The notes under the pieces are model-generated. The model made no database searches and had not been told where the DNA came from. It was given only the letters and a program-made list of their open reading frames with translations. Both the position numbers and the translations under genes were made by a program. Below, in pieces: positions 10,555 to 21,940 of a DNA stretch of 64,000 bases. The DNA comes from a virus (lineage: Duplodnaviria; Caudoviricetes), in IMG/VR virus record IMGVR_UViG_3300012232_000010, positions 33,723 to 97,722 of that record; one strand, given 5' to 3'. The number at the start of each line of letters is the position of its first letter. Within the stretch, counting starts at the first letter, position 1.

Positions 10555-12708
10555 TTATTATATCGCCAGTAAATCGAGTATATTGTTTCTCTGTACTGTG
10601 TCGTCTTGTTGCTTATTATCAGATAGGCATTCTAAATGACAATATTGATTCTCTTTTGTAAAATTGTATTCTATCTTGAAATTGTCGAGAATCATACACG
10701 GAACTATCTTATAGATAGTCTCGTTAAATTTTATTTCTTGTTTACAAAAACAACAATTCATTATAGTCTATCCAAAAGTTCTAAAACTTCATCCAAGGCA
10801 GAAACTCTACCCGATTGAAATCCAGTATCTACTGCGTGAAGTGTATCGACTTTTTTCTCTTGAGACATTAATTTATCAGCTTCCTTCAAGGCATCATCTC
10901 TTAATTTAGTAATAACTTTTTCTAAATCATTAACAGAACATCTAAGTTCACTATAATGAAAATCACCACAACAATCGCACATTTAGTTCATCCTTCTAAG
11001 AATTTCTTCTTCTAGTTTCATATTGTATTCGAATATATTATACGTAGGAAACCCATCCTCTTTAAGACAGTCGTGACATTTGACAGAAGAATTATGATAT
11101 TCTTGAACAAGATTCAAGTTACCTAATTGTGGTATCATCTTTATCTTTCTTTTGTGACTAGAAGATAATTTTTTCATTTTGCATCCTTTACAAGATACTC
11201 AAACATTTGAATCATATGTTCTTTTGCTTCTTTCTTAGAAAAGTTATTTGGATATTCATCTCCACCAGTCAATTTCTCTAACAAGTCTTTTATATCATAA
11301 TGAATAGACCAAAGTATATCTCTTTCGTAGGGGGTATTGCGTTGCTCGTCTATATCCTTTAGAAGCTTTTTAATATGAGCATTCTTTTTATTCATTAATC
11401 ATCCCCACAAGTATCAAGTATAACCCATAGACTCACAGAAAAGACCATAACTATCCAACACCAAGTTATTAGTTCTTGATTTATCATTTCAATCTCCAAC
11501 CAAACTTATTTTCGGTCTTGCAACGTGCATAGCACGTATTTGATTTGAATTATAAATGTCGGCGCGCAATCCGCCCATTATACCTATCAAATCTAATATC
11601 CTATTAGATTTAGTCTTTAAATCTCTTTACTATACAGAGATAGACTATAATCTTGTACGGACTTGCCAGCGCTATTCCGGGTTTTCTCGGACCAGAGTAT
11701 TGGTCGGTCAAATACTTCTGGATTTTTCGTCGGGGACGATTTGGCACACCCAATCCTATCACCGCCCAATGCAGCCATCAATCCCGAAGGATATACTCCA
11801 CATTGGTTTGTCAGCGGCTCAACTGGCATTGGGACCATCAGAGTTTGAATTCGGCCCTTTGCTGTTGAAAATTTATTGGGATTCGTTCGACTTGAATAGC
11901 TCAAGTGTATCCTTTCCTTGTCGTGCATTTTTGTCCTAGTAAATGCACAAACTTCCGTACAATATGTATCTTATACGCCAACCCGCTTAAACGGGTTCTC
12001 AAAAATCTGTAAATTTGCGCCATTGAACGATCCGGAATTTCCGGACAGTTGGGACGTTCCTGCTCTAAAATCCAACCTGCGCAATCTAAAGCGTTTTTAA
12101 CGTCTTCGTTTATATGCTTAACTTTTATAAGCATTACTTTAATTATCTTCTCTCCATATTCTTTCAAAATCTTCTTCGTTAATATTGAATCGAGAAGAAA
12201 ATTTCTTAGCTACAGGCTTAACTCTTTGTCTTATTTGTTTATACCCGGATGGATCGTTTTTGTAATCTTCTTTCAATATAGCCCATCCGAACCACATGTC
12301 TTTGCTGACATATTGTTCTGCTATATAGTTCAGAGTCCATTCCCACCACTTTTTACCATTTAGTAAAATCTCGTAATATGAATCTGGATTTTCGGGAATA
12401 ATGCCTTTACTCTCTTTCAAGAAAAACTGTTGCAATCCTTCTTCCGTTCTGGTGAACGGTTGGATAGTAGAGCATCTTTCGAATCTTTCTATTTCTACTT
12501 TAAATTTGCGACTTATTCTCATATTATTTTTCTAATAGAGACAGAAGATGTTTAGCAAAAATAACTTCTCCGCATTCTACTCCACCATGAAAGGCGTCAT
12601 CCATATTCCCGCCGAATCTATCGTACACTATTTCATCTTCTTGCATTTCTCTTCCATAATTTTTTTCAATATATGTTTCTAGATATTTTACAATTTCTGT
12701 TATATCTT

Positions 12709-13191
12709 TCATGATTCTACCATCCTATCTATAGCTTTGATATAATAATCAGTTAAGTCTTGAACTTCTTTATCATTTTCTTTTGTTCTATATTTTCTTC
12801 TTGTGTTTCTGATAGCGACCCTAGCTTCTTCGGCCAATCTATCTTTATGGGCTTTAATTTTCTTTAAGACTTCGCCAGACGCAATAGGAATATTGACCAT
12901 GATTGTATTTTTAGAGAATTTATAAGCTTCAAATCCGTGTTCCTTTAACACATCTTCCACCGAACCTAATATCTGCGGGTCGAATGGTGTCACTGACACT
13001 TGCCTATCTTTCTTTGCAAAAGAACACAGATGTTGCAATGGGGTTGGTTGGGCGTGATATCCTATCCTTAGATTTTGCATAATACTATCATCTATATCTG
13101 GACCTATTCCGATTATTTGTCTTTTAAACAAATCGAAAGTTTTCAACATAGATTCATTAGCTTCTTTCATTTCATTCATTAGTGTAACCAA
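12709..13191 (-). CDS. frr: Ribosome recycling factor homologue (divergent)
   Basis: Y...TPL, V.PFD, IMVNIP, AEEARVAIRNTRR, EVQDLTDYYIKAID. Confidence 0.8.
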   Translation of the reverse strand: MVTLMNEMKEANESMLKTFDLFKRQIIGIGPDIDDSIMQNLRIGYHAQPTPLQHLCSFAKKDRQVSVTPFDPQILGSVEDVLKEHGFEAYKFSKNTIMVNIPIASGEVLKKIKAHKDRLAEEARVAIRNTRRKYRTKENDKEVQDLTDYYIKAIDRMVES

Positions 13192-13706
13192 CTTAAAAAT
13201 AGATTAAACCATTCATTAGAAATTTTGGGTTCACGATAAAGTTCTATACCCTTCATATTCTTACAAAATGCTTTTACCATTTCTATTGCATGTTCTTCAA
13301 ATTCATCTACATCATAGATTGATGAACACACCATCGGATCATTTTCATTTATAGGTAGCCAAGGCAATTCTTTATGCTCATCTTTACGATATCTCATTCT
13401 ATTTTTCCACCATTTGGTTCACATTCCCCATGTAAATATGCTATCCACTTTTTACGATCAAATTTAGGGTTTCTAGATTCACAAAAATCTGCTAGTTCAT
13501 CAATAATAGTTGAATTGCGAAGCTGTCTAAATCCTGATCTTGGTTTGCGTATAATATCAGCTAATGCTATAAAATCTTTTTTGTTCATTTAATTTCCTTA
13601 TTAGATGATTATATAAATCAAAAATAATACTAAAAGAATTATTGTTAGTATAGGGAGAAGTTCTATAAATACTATTCCAAATTGTTCTAAAGAATCGTGC
13701 CACATA

Positions 13707-15602
13707 TCAAATATTTTCATTTTTAATATCCTTTTTGAACATTGAGAACTCATAATGCTTCGAGTTTTGCAAGATTAGGCTTTTAATAAATTCATGCTTT
13801 AACGGTCTACGATCCAACATTGTGAAACACGCTGCTAACTTATCTCCCTGATATTTTTGCTTTGCCATTAGTGCAAAATCTTTTCTAGACAAATGATGCT
13901 CATTTTCTTCTACAAAGTTTCTAATATGATCGGTTATAGAATTCGCAATTTTTATACCATCATACATAGAACAAACCGCTGGCATTATCGTCGTCCAAGT
14001 TTCGAAATCATAATTCGTTTCGAAGTTGTGTTGGAACACGCAAAAATCTGGTCTATCCCACGCAAGCCATAAATCTATTAACGATTCTGACTTAAGATTC
14101 GATTTCAGCGCATGTAGGATAAAATAGTTATCTGACTTACACTTAACTAAGTCTTGATCGTTGTTCATCCTTATAACATACCCTTCAATCTCTTTTTCAT
14201 TCTTAAGTTTTGCTATTAAATTTATAACATCGGCTTTATTCTTTAGATTGAAGTGCTTGACCAAAGAGATAGATGTTTCTTCAGATATCTTCTTAAGACC
14301 ATGAATATCTATTAGATCAAAGTCCGTATCGAACCACTTCTTGTCTTTTCCGTGAAACACAGCGCCAACTAGATATATCTCTGGCGAATCGTATTTTATC
14401 ACTATCTGATTTCTTGGAGAGACCCATTCAAATAGTAAAGACATAAATGAATAGTACGACGGGTCCGCTAGTTTAGGATACTTTTCAAGGAATCCTTGTA
14501 TTTCATCCTTATTATCCAAACCAACTTCTAAAGAACCTCTCGTTCTAAACTTAACTTCTCCATTATGGACGTACCGTATAAGAAGCGAGCCATCTATCTT
14601 CAGAGTAGCTAGAAGCCCTTTACCCTTCTCTATCTGGTCCAGCAAATCTTGCTCTGTTATTCTAGAATGGTCACAACCCTCTCCCAAATTGAAGAACTTT
14701 TTAAAGCCACACGAAATGACTTTATCATCAGCGTCTAAATGCAGTGACCTTAGCCATAATGAATCTTCAGATTTCCAAGCGGAATTGGAAACAGCAAATC
14801 CGGGCGTTATTAATCTTTCCCCATTGTTTCCTTCAGATATTTTGAATTCTTCTGGTATCATACAATTCCTTTTGAAACCTTCCGTTTCGACTATTTCATA
14901 GTTTCCGTTTTCGATAACCATAGCTCTTAGAACTCCACCACCCGCACAACCACCATCTAGAGCAAAGTTCCAAGGAACGGGATTGACGTTGAATGAACCT
15001 ATATGGCCAGATAGAATATAGTACCCGCCAAGTAGAGTATCATACCAAATTCCCTTAGTTTCATCGAAATAGTTCTTTGGGTCAATTCCACGAATATAGA
15101 TGCATGTTTCTTTAGTTTGGGAATCTATTGGATATCTAGTATCAATTCCTGCATGAACCACGTAGCAAGGCAAACCGTTTAAATCTGGTAGACGAATAAT
15201 GTGTGGTAGAGCATCAATATAAAGTGCAAACCGCCATCTATCCATCGCCAAGTTTGGCGACTTAATAGTTATCTCGTCTATAGTTTTTTGTAGCGCTTTG
15301 CCAATAGTAACTTTATTACCAGTACACCATCGTCTAAACTTGTCATCATGGTTCCCGCAAACCGTGTATATATGATGTTCTTCATGAGGATTGTCTGGTG
15401 TAAAAGTATTCAAAACTTCGTAACACTGATCGCCTCTATCGACTAAATCTCCACACCCAACTATAACATCTGTTTGCTTATTGTAATTGCATTTGATTAG
15501 TAGATTTATGAATTGATCGTAACATCCGTGAATATCCCCAATAACTATAAATCGTTTATTCTTCAAGTGTGTTAGGTCTAAGATTTTAGCGATTTTTCTC
15601 AT
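13707..15602 (-). CDS. Calcineurin-like phosphoesterase fused to a T4 Rnl1-like RNA ligase
   Basis: GDIHG, GDLVDRG, GNHD, HAG, GH in the N-terminal half; FKKFFN, KIDGSL, FEWVSP.NQIV, EGYV, KCKS in the C-terminal half. Confidence 0.85.
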   Translation of the reverse strand: MRKIAKILDLTHLKNKRFIVIGDIHGCYDQFINLLIKCNYNKQTDVIVGCGDLVDRGDQCYEVLNTFTPDNPHEEHHIYTVCGNHDDKFRRWCTGNKVTIGKALQKTIDEITIKSPNLAMDRWRFALYIDALPHIIRLPDLNGLPCYVVHAGIDTRYPIDSQTKETCIYIRGIDPKNYFDETKGIWYDTLLGGYYILSGHIGSFNVNPVPWNFALDGGCAGGGVLRAMVIENGNYEIVETEGFKRNCMIPEEFKISEGNNGERLITPGFAVSNSAWKSEDSLWLRSLHLDADDKVISCGFKKFFNLGEGCDHSRITEQDLLDQIEKGKGLLATLKIDGSLLIRYVHNGEVKFRTRGSLEVGLDNKDEIQGFLEKYPKLADPSYYSFMSLLFEWVSPRNQIVIKYDSPEIYLVGAVFHGKDKKWFDTDFDLIDIHGLKKISEETSISLVKHFNLKNKADVINLIAKLKNEKEIEGYVIRMNNDQDLVKCKSDNYFILHALKSNLKSESLIDLWLAWDRPDFCVFQHNFETNYDFETWTTIMPAVCSMYDGIKIANSITDHIRNFVEENEHHLSRKDFALMAKQKYQGDKLAACFTMLDRRPLKHEFIKSLILQNSKHYEFSMFKKDIKNENI

Positions 15603-15805
15603 TTTATCTCCAATTCAGAGAAGCTTTCTTATATTTTCTTAATTGCTTAGACCGCTCATTCCTTCTAATTCTTTTTTCTGTAGCTAATCTATCTTCAGCT
15701 ATCCAGAATGCTATTTGTTGCTGAATATCCCCATGACACATATAAAAATCAGGGATATCTCTTTCAAGTTCTTTAAGAATATCTAATATATTTTGATTCA
15801 ACATT

Positions 15806-16315
15806 CTATTCTCCGGTTTTCACTTCCACATATTCATCAAACTCATAATCTTCTATGGACTCAAATTGAGTCTTGAACTGGTTTATTATTTCCTTATGCT
15901 TTTCGGTATCTCTTGAGTTGATGGTTGGATGATTTTGTCTTGTAGCCATTCTTTTCAGACACATTACTTCTGGCGCTGTAAAGTGATAGTATGTTATCTT
16001 ATACTTAAAGTATTTTGCTGGCAATGTATATCTTAACCTTTGTAATCTTTGAAAATTCACACGATCAATAACAATGCGATTACATCCTTCTATTAGAAGT
16101 TGAAGGAACTTTTTATAATGCGGAAATCTACCGAACTCATCTTGAGAGATTCTGTAATAATTATTGAGGCAATGCTGCGCATAGTAAGACTTTCCAGAAC
16201 CCGGAAATCCTATTAGGATAGCCAAGACTCTTGGCTGCGGAGCAAAGGTCTTTTCGTGCTTCTGTTCCTTCTCTTGCTTTATCTTCTGTCTTACTTTTTT
16301 ATTCTTCTTTGGCAT
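15806..16315 (-). CDS. P-loop polynucleotide-kinase-like protein (AAA_33)
   Basis: GFPGSGKS, RISQD, VIDRVN, C..R...R.NHPTI. Confidence 0.8.
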   Translation of the reverse strand: MPKKNKKVRQKIKQEKEQKHEKTFAPQPRVLAILIGFPGSGKSYYAQHCLNNYYRISQDEFGRFPHYKKFLQLLIEGCNRIVIDRVNFQRLQRLRYTLPAKYFKYKITYYHFTAPEVMCLKRMATRQNHPTINSRDTEKHKEIINQFKTQFESIEDYEFDEYVEVKTGE

Positions 16316-16549
16316 TTTGATTTCTCAATTTTTCTAGAATTAGTTTCTTTTCTTGTTCTAATTTTACTAAATCTATTTCGAAATATTCTGCAAGAATTTC
16401 TTCTATTGTGTTATTAACTGGCCTATAGCCATCATAGGTTAAATCGAAAAAACACAATCTCCTACATTTGGTTCTTTGCCAGTCCAAAAATTCGCCTATA
16501 ACTTGGGACTTATGAGTCGATATATTAAGCTTTTTATGTTCGGGATACT

Positions 16550-16984
16550 TCATCTTATTTCCTTATCTCTTATTAGGATTCCTTTCAAGTGATCGTATTC
16601 GTGTTGAAACACTACAGCCTCTATACCTTTAAGAACTCTATCGTTGATTATATCGCCGTGTTCATTATAATAGGCAACAGTAATCTCTTTCCATCTCCTA
16701 ACTCTATACGAAGCACCGGGAATAGATAGACAAGATTCTTCTGACCAAATCTTACTTGATCCGGATATTATAATAGGATTGATGATAATTTCTTCTGTAT
16801 TAAATACAAAAAATCTCAAATCATAGCCCACTTGTGGCGCAGCCAATCCTAGACCTTTATGGAAGGCGCATGTCTCTTTAATGTCTTTTATGGCCTGTTC
16901 TACAGCTTCAGTCATTGGAAACTCTACCGAATCACAATTAGCTCTTAGGATTTCATGTGGGTACTTGACTATTTCTAAAATCAT
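16550..16984 (-). CDS. def: Peptide deformylase
   Basis: GLGLAAPQVG, ESCLSIPG, QHEYDHLKG. Confidence 0.95.
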   Translation of the reverse strand: MILEIVKYPHEILRANCDSVEFPMTEAVEQAIKDIKETCAFHKGLGLAAPQVGYDLRFFVFNTEEIIINPIIISGSSKIWSEESCLSIPGASYRVRRWKEITVAYYNEHGDIINDRVLKGIEAVVFQHEYDHLKGILIRDKEIR

Positions 16985-17079
16985 ACAATCTCCAATTATT
17001 TAAAGTATCACTTTACTAAACATGTTTGTGTATAATATACTGTAGAAGTTTACCGTTTTCTTTTAATGGGGAATTAAAA

Positions 17080-17613
17080 ATGATTAAACCAACTTTAGCA
17101 ATAGTTTCGTTTGTTTTTATAAGTCTTTTTTCTGGTTGCACAGCCTCTTTTCTATCACCGGCACAGGGTATGGGCGTAGAACAGCCCAAAATCCATTTCA
17201 AGAAAACCAGAACATCACTAGAAGCTTCTGCTAGTTCAAATTTCTCTGGTGATCTAAAATTTAACGGCGAATACGACAAAGAAGGCGGCAACTTTAAGGG
17301 TGAGCTAGAAGCCCACGTTAATTCTGACGCCTCAACTGTTACCGAAGCACAGGTCGAAAAGATCAAGGCTATGGAAAACGCATACAACAAGTATGCCGAC
17401 AATATGACAGCAATCGCTATTGCACAAGCGCAAGCTATGCAAAAGGCTGTTGAAGGCATAACCAATATGATCCCCGGTGCTATTGGCGCTCTTAATCCAG
17501 CACCACAACCAGACGGTCCCGGCCCTCTTGAAAATATTACCACTCTATGGAACTCCCTTACACCAGAACAGAAGCAAGCGTTCTTGGATAAGTTCCTTAC
17601 TCATAATCCCTAA
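17080..17613 (+). CDS. Putative lipoprotein; the only credible plus-strand gene
   Basis: Fills the gap between def and the DNA ligase; ATG 17080 after GGGGA; signal peptide with lipobox FSGC; TATAAT at 17031-17036. Confidence 0.65.
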   Translation: MIKPTLAIVSFVFISLFSGCTASFLSPAQGMGVEQPKIHFKKTRTSLEASASSNFSGDLKFNGEYDKEGGNFKGELEAHVNSDASTVTEAQVEKIKAMENAYNKYADNMTAIAIAQAQAMQKAVEGITNMIPGAIGALNPAPQPDGPGPLENITTLWNSLTPEQKQAFLDKFLTHNP

Positions 17614-18709
17614 TTGAGACTCCAACGGGAAACCGTGGTACAGAGCCATTCGTATAGCCTTGGAATCTCACAGTAAGCATCTTTCCCAAAACTTTTTTAG
17701 GGTTGTCTAGATACTCTTTGAGTTTATCTAGCGACCCTTCTTTTTTACAATCAAACGAATTATCATCTTTAGTCACACATTCAAATACAGCGCATTGAGC
17801 CATCCTGCCGCGTCCGGGTTTTACCCCAACGATTCTGAACTCCGCATCATCGAATTCTTTTAGCTTTTGAAGATGATACGATCTTTTATTTTCATAAATA
17901 GCTTGAGAATTTCTTGCTATAGACCCCTCATAACCATTAGACCTATCTTCTTCAAAGCATAGCATCAATTCTTGTGGATCATTAACTATTCTTGTATCAA
18001 CCTTAACAATTCTATCGGTTTTAAAATTTATACTATTTATAACCAATAATCTTTGTTCAAAAGGTAAATTTGTATCCACTAGATCATATATATGATATTG
18101 TACAACTTCATGACCTTCTTTTGGACTTTCTGATCTTACGAAAGATACAATCTCTTCAAATTTATCTTTATAGTCGTGGTTATACAATTCGCCATCGAAT
18201 ATTATTAGATTTGGACTAGTTATACGTTTCTCTATAGCCGCAACAATATGAGGCATACTGTTTATAGGCTTTCTTGTGCGGGACCACAAAGTGCATACAC
18301 CGTTATCAACCATAGCTATACACCTTATACCGTCTAGCTTGGGTTGGGAATATGCTGGATATTTAATCTTGTACCCTTGTTTACTGAAAGTTTGAGCCAA
18401 CATTGGCTCAATACCGCCAGTAACAAATTTAGTATCTACTTCACTTTTTTGGGCTTTGCCCAAAGTCTTAACATAACCACTCTTAAGTTTCTTTTCCCAT
18501 TGGGCTTGGGCTTCTTTTACAGCCTGTTCTTGTGGGGTTGTAGCATTAGCCCTTCCAATATTCTTGCCTTTTTCTATAACATCGGATGTGGTTTGAATTT
18601 TACCACCGACTTGCCCGTATTCCTTTGTTATAGTATTTCCTTTAACGGAAATTGTCCATTGTTGAACAGACCCATTACTATTCAAAGAATATAAAGTATC
18701 GAAAGTCAT
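17597..18709 (-). CDS. ATP-dependent DNA ligase with N-terminal WGR-like domain
   Basis: QPKLDGIRC, DGELY, YHIYD, YEGSI, KLK, TVRFQG...PRFP; YGQVGG in the N-terminus. Confidence 0.9.
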   Translation of the reverse strand: MTFDTLYSLNSNGSVQQWTISVKGNTITKEYGQVGGKIQTTSDVIEKGKNIGRANATTPQEQAVKEAQAQWEKKLKSGYVKTLGKAQKSEVDTKFVTGGIEPMLAQTFSKQGYKIKYPAYSQPKLDGIRCIAMVDNGVCTLWSRTRKPINSMPHIVAAIEKRITSPNLIIFDGELYNHDYKDKFEEIVSFVRSESPKEGHEVVQYHIYDLVDTNLPFEQRLLVINSINFKTDRIVKVDTRIVNDPQELMLCFEEDRSNGYEGSIARNSQAIYENKRSYHLQKLKEFDDAEFRIVGVKPGRGRMAQCAVFECVTKDDNSFDCKKEGSLDKLKEYLDNPKKVLGKMLTVRFQGYTNGSVPRFPVGVSIRDYE

Positions 18710-18903
18710 TATGGATTATACCTCTTTCCCTTGCTTGGGTGTTTCATAATATCACTTTCTATCCACACCTTGAGTCTTGCTTCTAACTTATCTAAGGCTT
18801 CTGTAGATACGCTTGTGAGTTCTTTTTCCATTCCGGGTCGCAGAGCGGCCAGCTTAGCCATGATAAATTTCTTAACAGCACTTCTATTTAGAAGACTTGA
18901 CAT
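18709..18903 (-). CDS. Small histone-fold-like protein
   Basis: 64 aa from ATG 18903: LLNRSAVKKFI...TSVSTEALDKLEARLKVWIE...HPSKGKR resembles prokaryotic histone alpha1-L1-alpha2. Confidence 0.5.
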   Translation of the reverse strand: MSSLLNRSAVKKFIMAKLAALRPGMEKELTSVSTEALDKLEARLKVWIESDIMKHPSKGKRYNP

Positions 18904-19625
18904 TCTTATTCTCCAGAAATGTTTTTTTGACACATGCGGCAATTTGCTTGAAAGAAAGATTATCATTATCATTCAATACAGATGCGTATTTCTTTTCTTC
19001 ATTACTAATTAATATTGGATCAGGAGAATCGAATCCAAACCATTTTCTTACTTCATCCGGCAAATCGCATTCATCATCAATAAAACAAGACCCATCCCAA
19101 TGCCCTTTTCCTGTATTTTGTTGGTAAACATCACAGGCTACACCCAAGCAGCATCTACCAGATTCGTCTTTTAGGCAACCAGTAGTTTGCTTTTTCGCCC
19201 TCATTAAAGCGTCATACCATAATTGAATTCTAGTCTTAATAGGTTTCATACCACCCTCCTAAATTTAGTTATTCATTTCTTAGATAAGTATCTCTTACGC
19301 ATTCTGCAATTTCTCTAAAGGATAGTTTTTCAGAATCATTCAACGAACTAGCGGTTTTATCAAGTCCGTCATGATTCAAATAAGGATCGCACGATTCTAG
19401 ACCAAACCACTCTTGAACTTCAAGGGGTAGAGTATCTCCTTCTCCTTGAAATTTTAATGCTCCATCGTTGTCTTCCCAATACCCTTTTCCAGTATTTTGT
19501 TTATAAACATCGCAAGCTACACCTAGACAGCATCTTCCATTTTCATCCTTTAGACACTCTCTTGTTTGATCAGTTGCCTTTAGGAGCGCTCTATACCACA
19601 GTCTAATTCTATTTGCATTAGCCAT
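18884..19625 (-). CDS. Two tandem paralogous hypothetical proteins (18884-19249, 19269-19625)
   Basis: Share RI.LWY.AL, CLKDE.GRCCLGVACDVY.QNTGKG.W, LP.EV..WFG, LND...LSF..IA.CV. Confidence 0.8.
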
Positions 19626-19897
19626 ATTCTATCCTTTCATTAAATCTTCAAGTTCCTTGTTAACCTTATCAATAATCAACTGCTTAGCATCGGTAATATC
19701 CTCCCTGAAAGCGTCAATCCATAGAGATTTACCGTCTTGCCAAATCTTACAACCCCTACCTAATAGTGGACAATTCAATCTATATGAGAATACTTTGTTG
19801 ATATTTCTGGCATAGTAAAAATCCATAAAAACATCTTTACCATCCGGATGGCATAAACCATTAGACACAATTATATTCCATATACTATCTGCTGTAA

Positions 19898-20101
19898 TCA
19901 TGGATCAAATCTTCCTGTATCATTTTGGAAATACGCCCAATCACTAAGATCGGTATCTCCATCATTTTCATAATCGGTATAGAACCAACAATCCCATTCT
20001 GGGTCTTCCGGAGTTTCCGGCCTTTCCCAACCGGGTCTGACTAATGGACCAGTCCAACATTGAAACATCATAGCTGCTGCTACCAATAATGATCCGCCCA
20101 T
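19898..20101 (-). CDS. Small secreted protein with dockerin/EF-hand-like motif
   Basis: Hydrophobic N-terminus; DYENDGDTDLSDWAYFQN. Confidence 0.5.
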   Translation of the reverse strand: MGGSLLVAAAMMFQCWTGPLVRPGWERPETPEDPEWDCWFYTDYENDGDTDLSDWAYFQNDTGRFDP

Positions 20102-20102
20102 A

Positions 20103-20297
20103 TTACGCCCTTTCTCGTAACTTGGTTTTATTTCTAACTACTACAGAATGTTCTGGTTTTAAAACTTTTGAAGTTGTTGTCCCTAGAGCGGATTCTATTT
20201 CTGACATTGCTTTTTCACACTCTGGACCCATAAAACCCATTCCTTCGAGTTTGCAATTTCCATTTTCATCTATGTCTATAACTATTTCTTTTGCCAT
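20103..20297 (-). CDS. DUF2997-like protein
   Basis: IVIDIDENGNCKLEGMGFMGPECEKAMSEIESALG...KPE. Confidence 0.75.
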   Translation of the reverse strand: MAKEIVIDIDENGNCKLEGMGFMGPECEKAMSEIESALGTTTSKVLKPEHSVVVRNKTKLRERA

Positions 20298-21682
20298 ATA
20301 TTAACTCCTACTTTTAATGATTCCTGTTGGAGAGTTACCCTTTTTTATATCTAAGATTTCTTTTGTTCCGTTCTTGAAATAAATTATGCATTTCGCGCTG
20401 CTCCAACCCATATATTCTTTTGCGGGGCAACCATAGATGCAAGGTTCTGGATAAGCATCCCATTGTGATGCTCCGTACCATCTATCTCCACAACAACTGC
20501 AATCTAGACCTTCGGACACACCATCAAAATATATACCGGCTTTTCGCTTTGCTATAAAATTAGCTTCTTCAGAATCTTCTGCTTCTACTATAACATATTC
20601 AGCAACATCATCGCTTACATCAAAAGTGCCGCCAGAATTATTCTGTCTAAAGGTGTAAAACGAATTTTCAACCTTTGAATTGTTTTCTGTAAGCTTCCCA
20701 GATTTCTTTTCTCTCATCCTTATTCTCCAAAACAGAAAGTACGCCACACAAAGAATTCTTTCTACCAACCGACCTGTTGAAATTATCTGTAGGATTACAG
20801 ATCGCAATATATTCACCAGCTATTAAATCTGGATTATCCTGACTATATATTCTAGCTATTGTACATCTTCGTTGCTCACCGAAAGGTAAAGATATACCCC
20901 ATTCTGTTAATTGTTCGCAAGATAGTGTTTTGTGATAGAACTTAATTTTGTATTTTTCTGTCGTTAGGGCCACATTAATCTCCTATTTCTGTACACTCAT
21001 CTATTTCTATATCGTCAAGTCCGAAGTATTCGATTTCAGGATCACCGGCTTCCGGATCATCTTGAACCATTTCCGTAGCATGTTCTTCATCTTTTGCCTG
21101 AATAATAATTTCGCCATTAACGTTTTGTACACCATGCCACTTGATTTTAAATGTCGGCATCATCATCTCCTAATTCGTTACCATTCTCATCTATTTGAAA
21201 AAACTCTGGATCAGACCCTTGATTCATTAATTCTTCAGCGCATTCTTTTCCTGTTAACTCTTGTGTTTTAATATGATTGAAAACAGCGCTGCATCCACCA
21301 CTAGTAATTTCATAAGCTATTTCCTCTACGCTCATCCATTCTGGAATTTTTTCTTCTGACAAAACTTCTATTTCGTAGACTGTCTTATAGAATTTTCTAG
21401 GCATTTAGAGTCTCCAAAGTTTTTTGTAATTCTCTGATGTTTTTCTTATTCCATGCAACCTCAGCCTTTAAATTCTTCTGAAGTTTTTCCTTTGCATTTT
21501 TTAATTCTTTGTACCAAATATATCTTATATCTCGTCTAAATAATGGCCAATATTGATCGTTGAAATGGATTCTATCATTTTGCGGATATCGCTTATTAAT
21601 ATAGATTTCTTCACACACAAAGGATTTAATTTCATTGCGTTCTATCTTATAGTAAGTTTGTCCTCTTTTAAATCTAAATCCA

Positions 21683-21940
21683 TCAGTTGTTTTCATAATA
21701 TTCTCCCCCCGGTTGGAACATTCCGATTTCTTTCTCTATTGCATTTTCTCGATTTTTGTCCGATCCAACTACTTCGCCAGTCTTGGCGTGAATTATTTCC
21801 CATAATTGTTCTTGTTCATTGAACTCTACATTACTGGCTTTTTTAACGTTGGTGATTTTTCCGATTTCGTAAAGATTTACGAAATCATTATATAGAGTTG
21901 ACACATTTCCTTCTTCATCAATTTCGATAGTTGGAATCAT
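21683..21940 (-). CDS. Small conserved protein of the type recalled next to DUF1257/DUF2997 loci
   Basis: IEIDEEGNVSTLYND..NL..IG.I...KASNVEF....W..I...R..A...E. Confidence 0.5.
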   Translation of the reverse strand: MIPTIEIDEEGNVSTLYNDFVNLYEIGKITNVKKASNVEFNEQEQLWEIIHAKTGEVVGSDKNRENAIEKEIGMFQPGGEYYENN

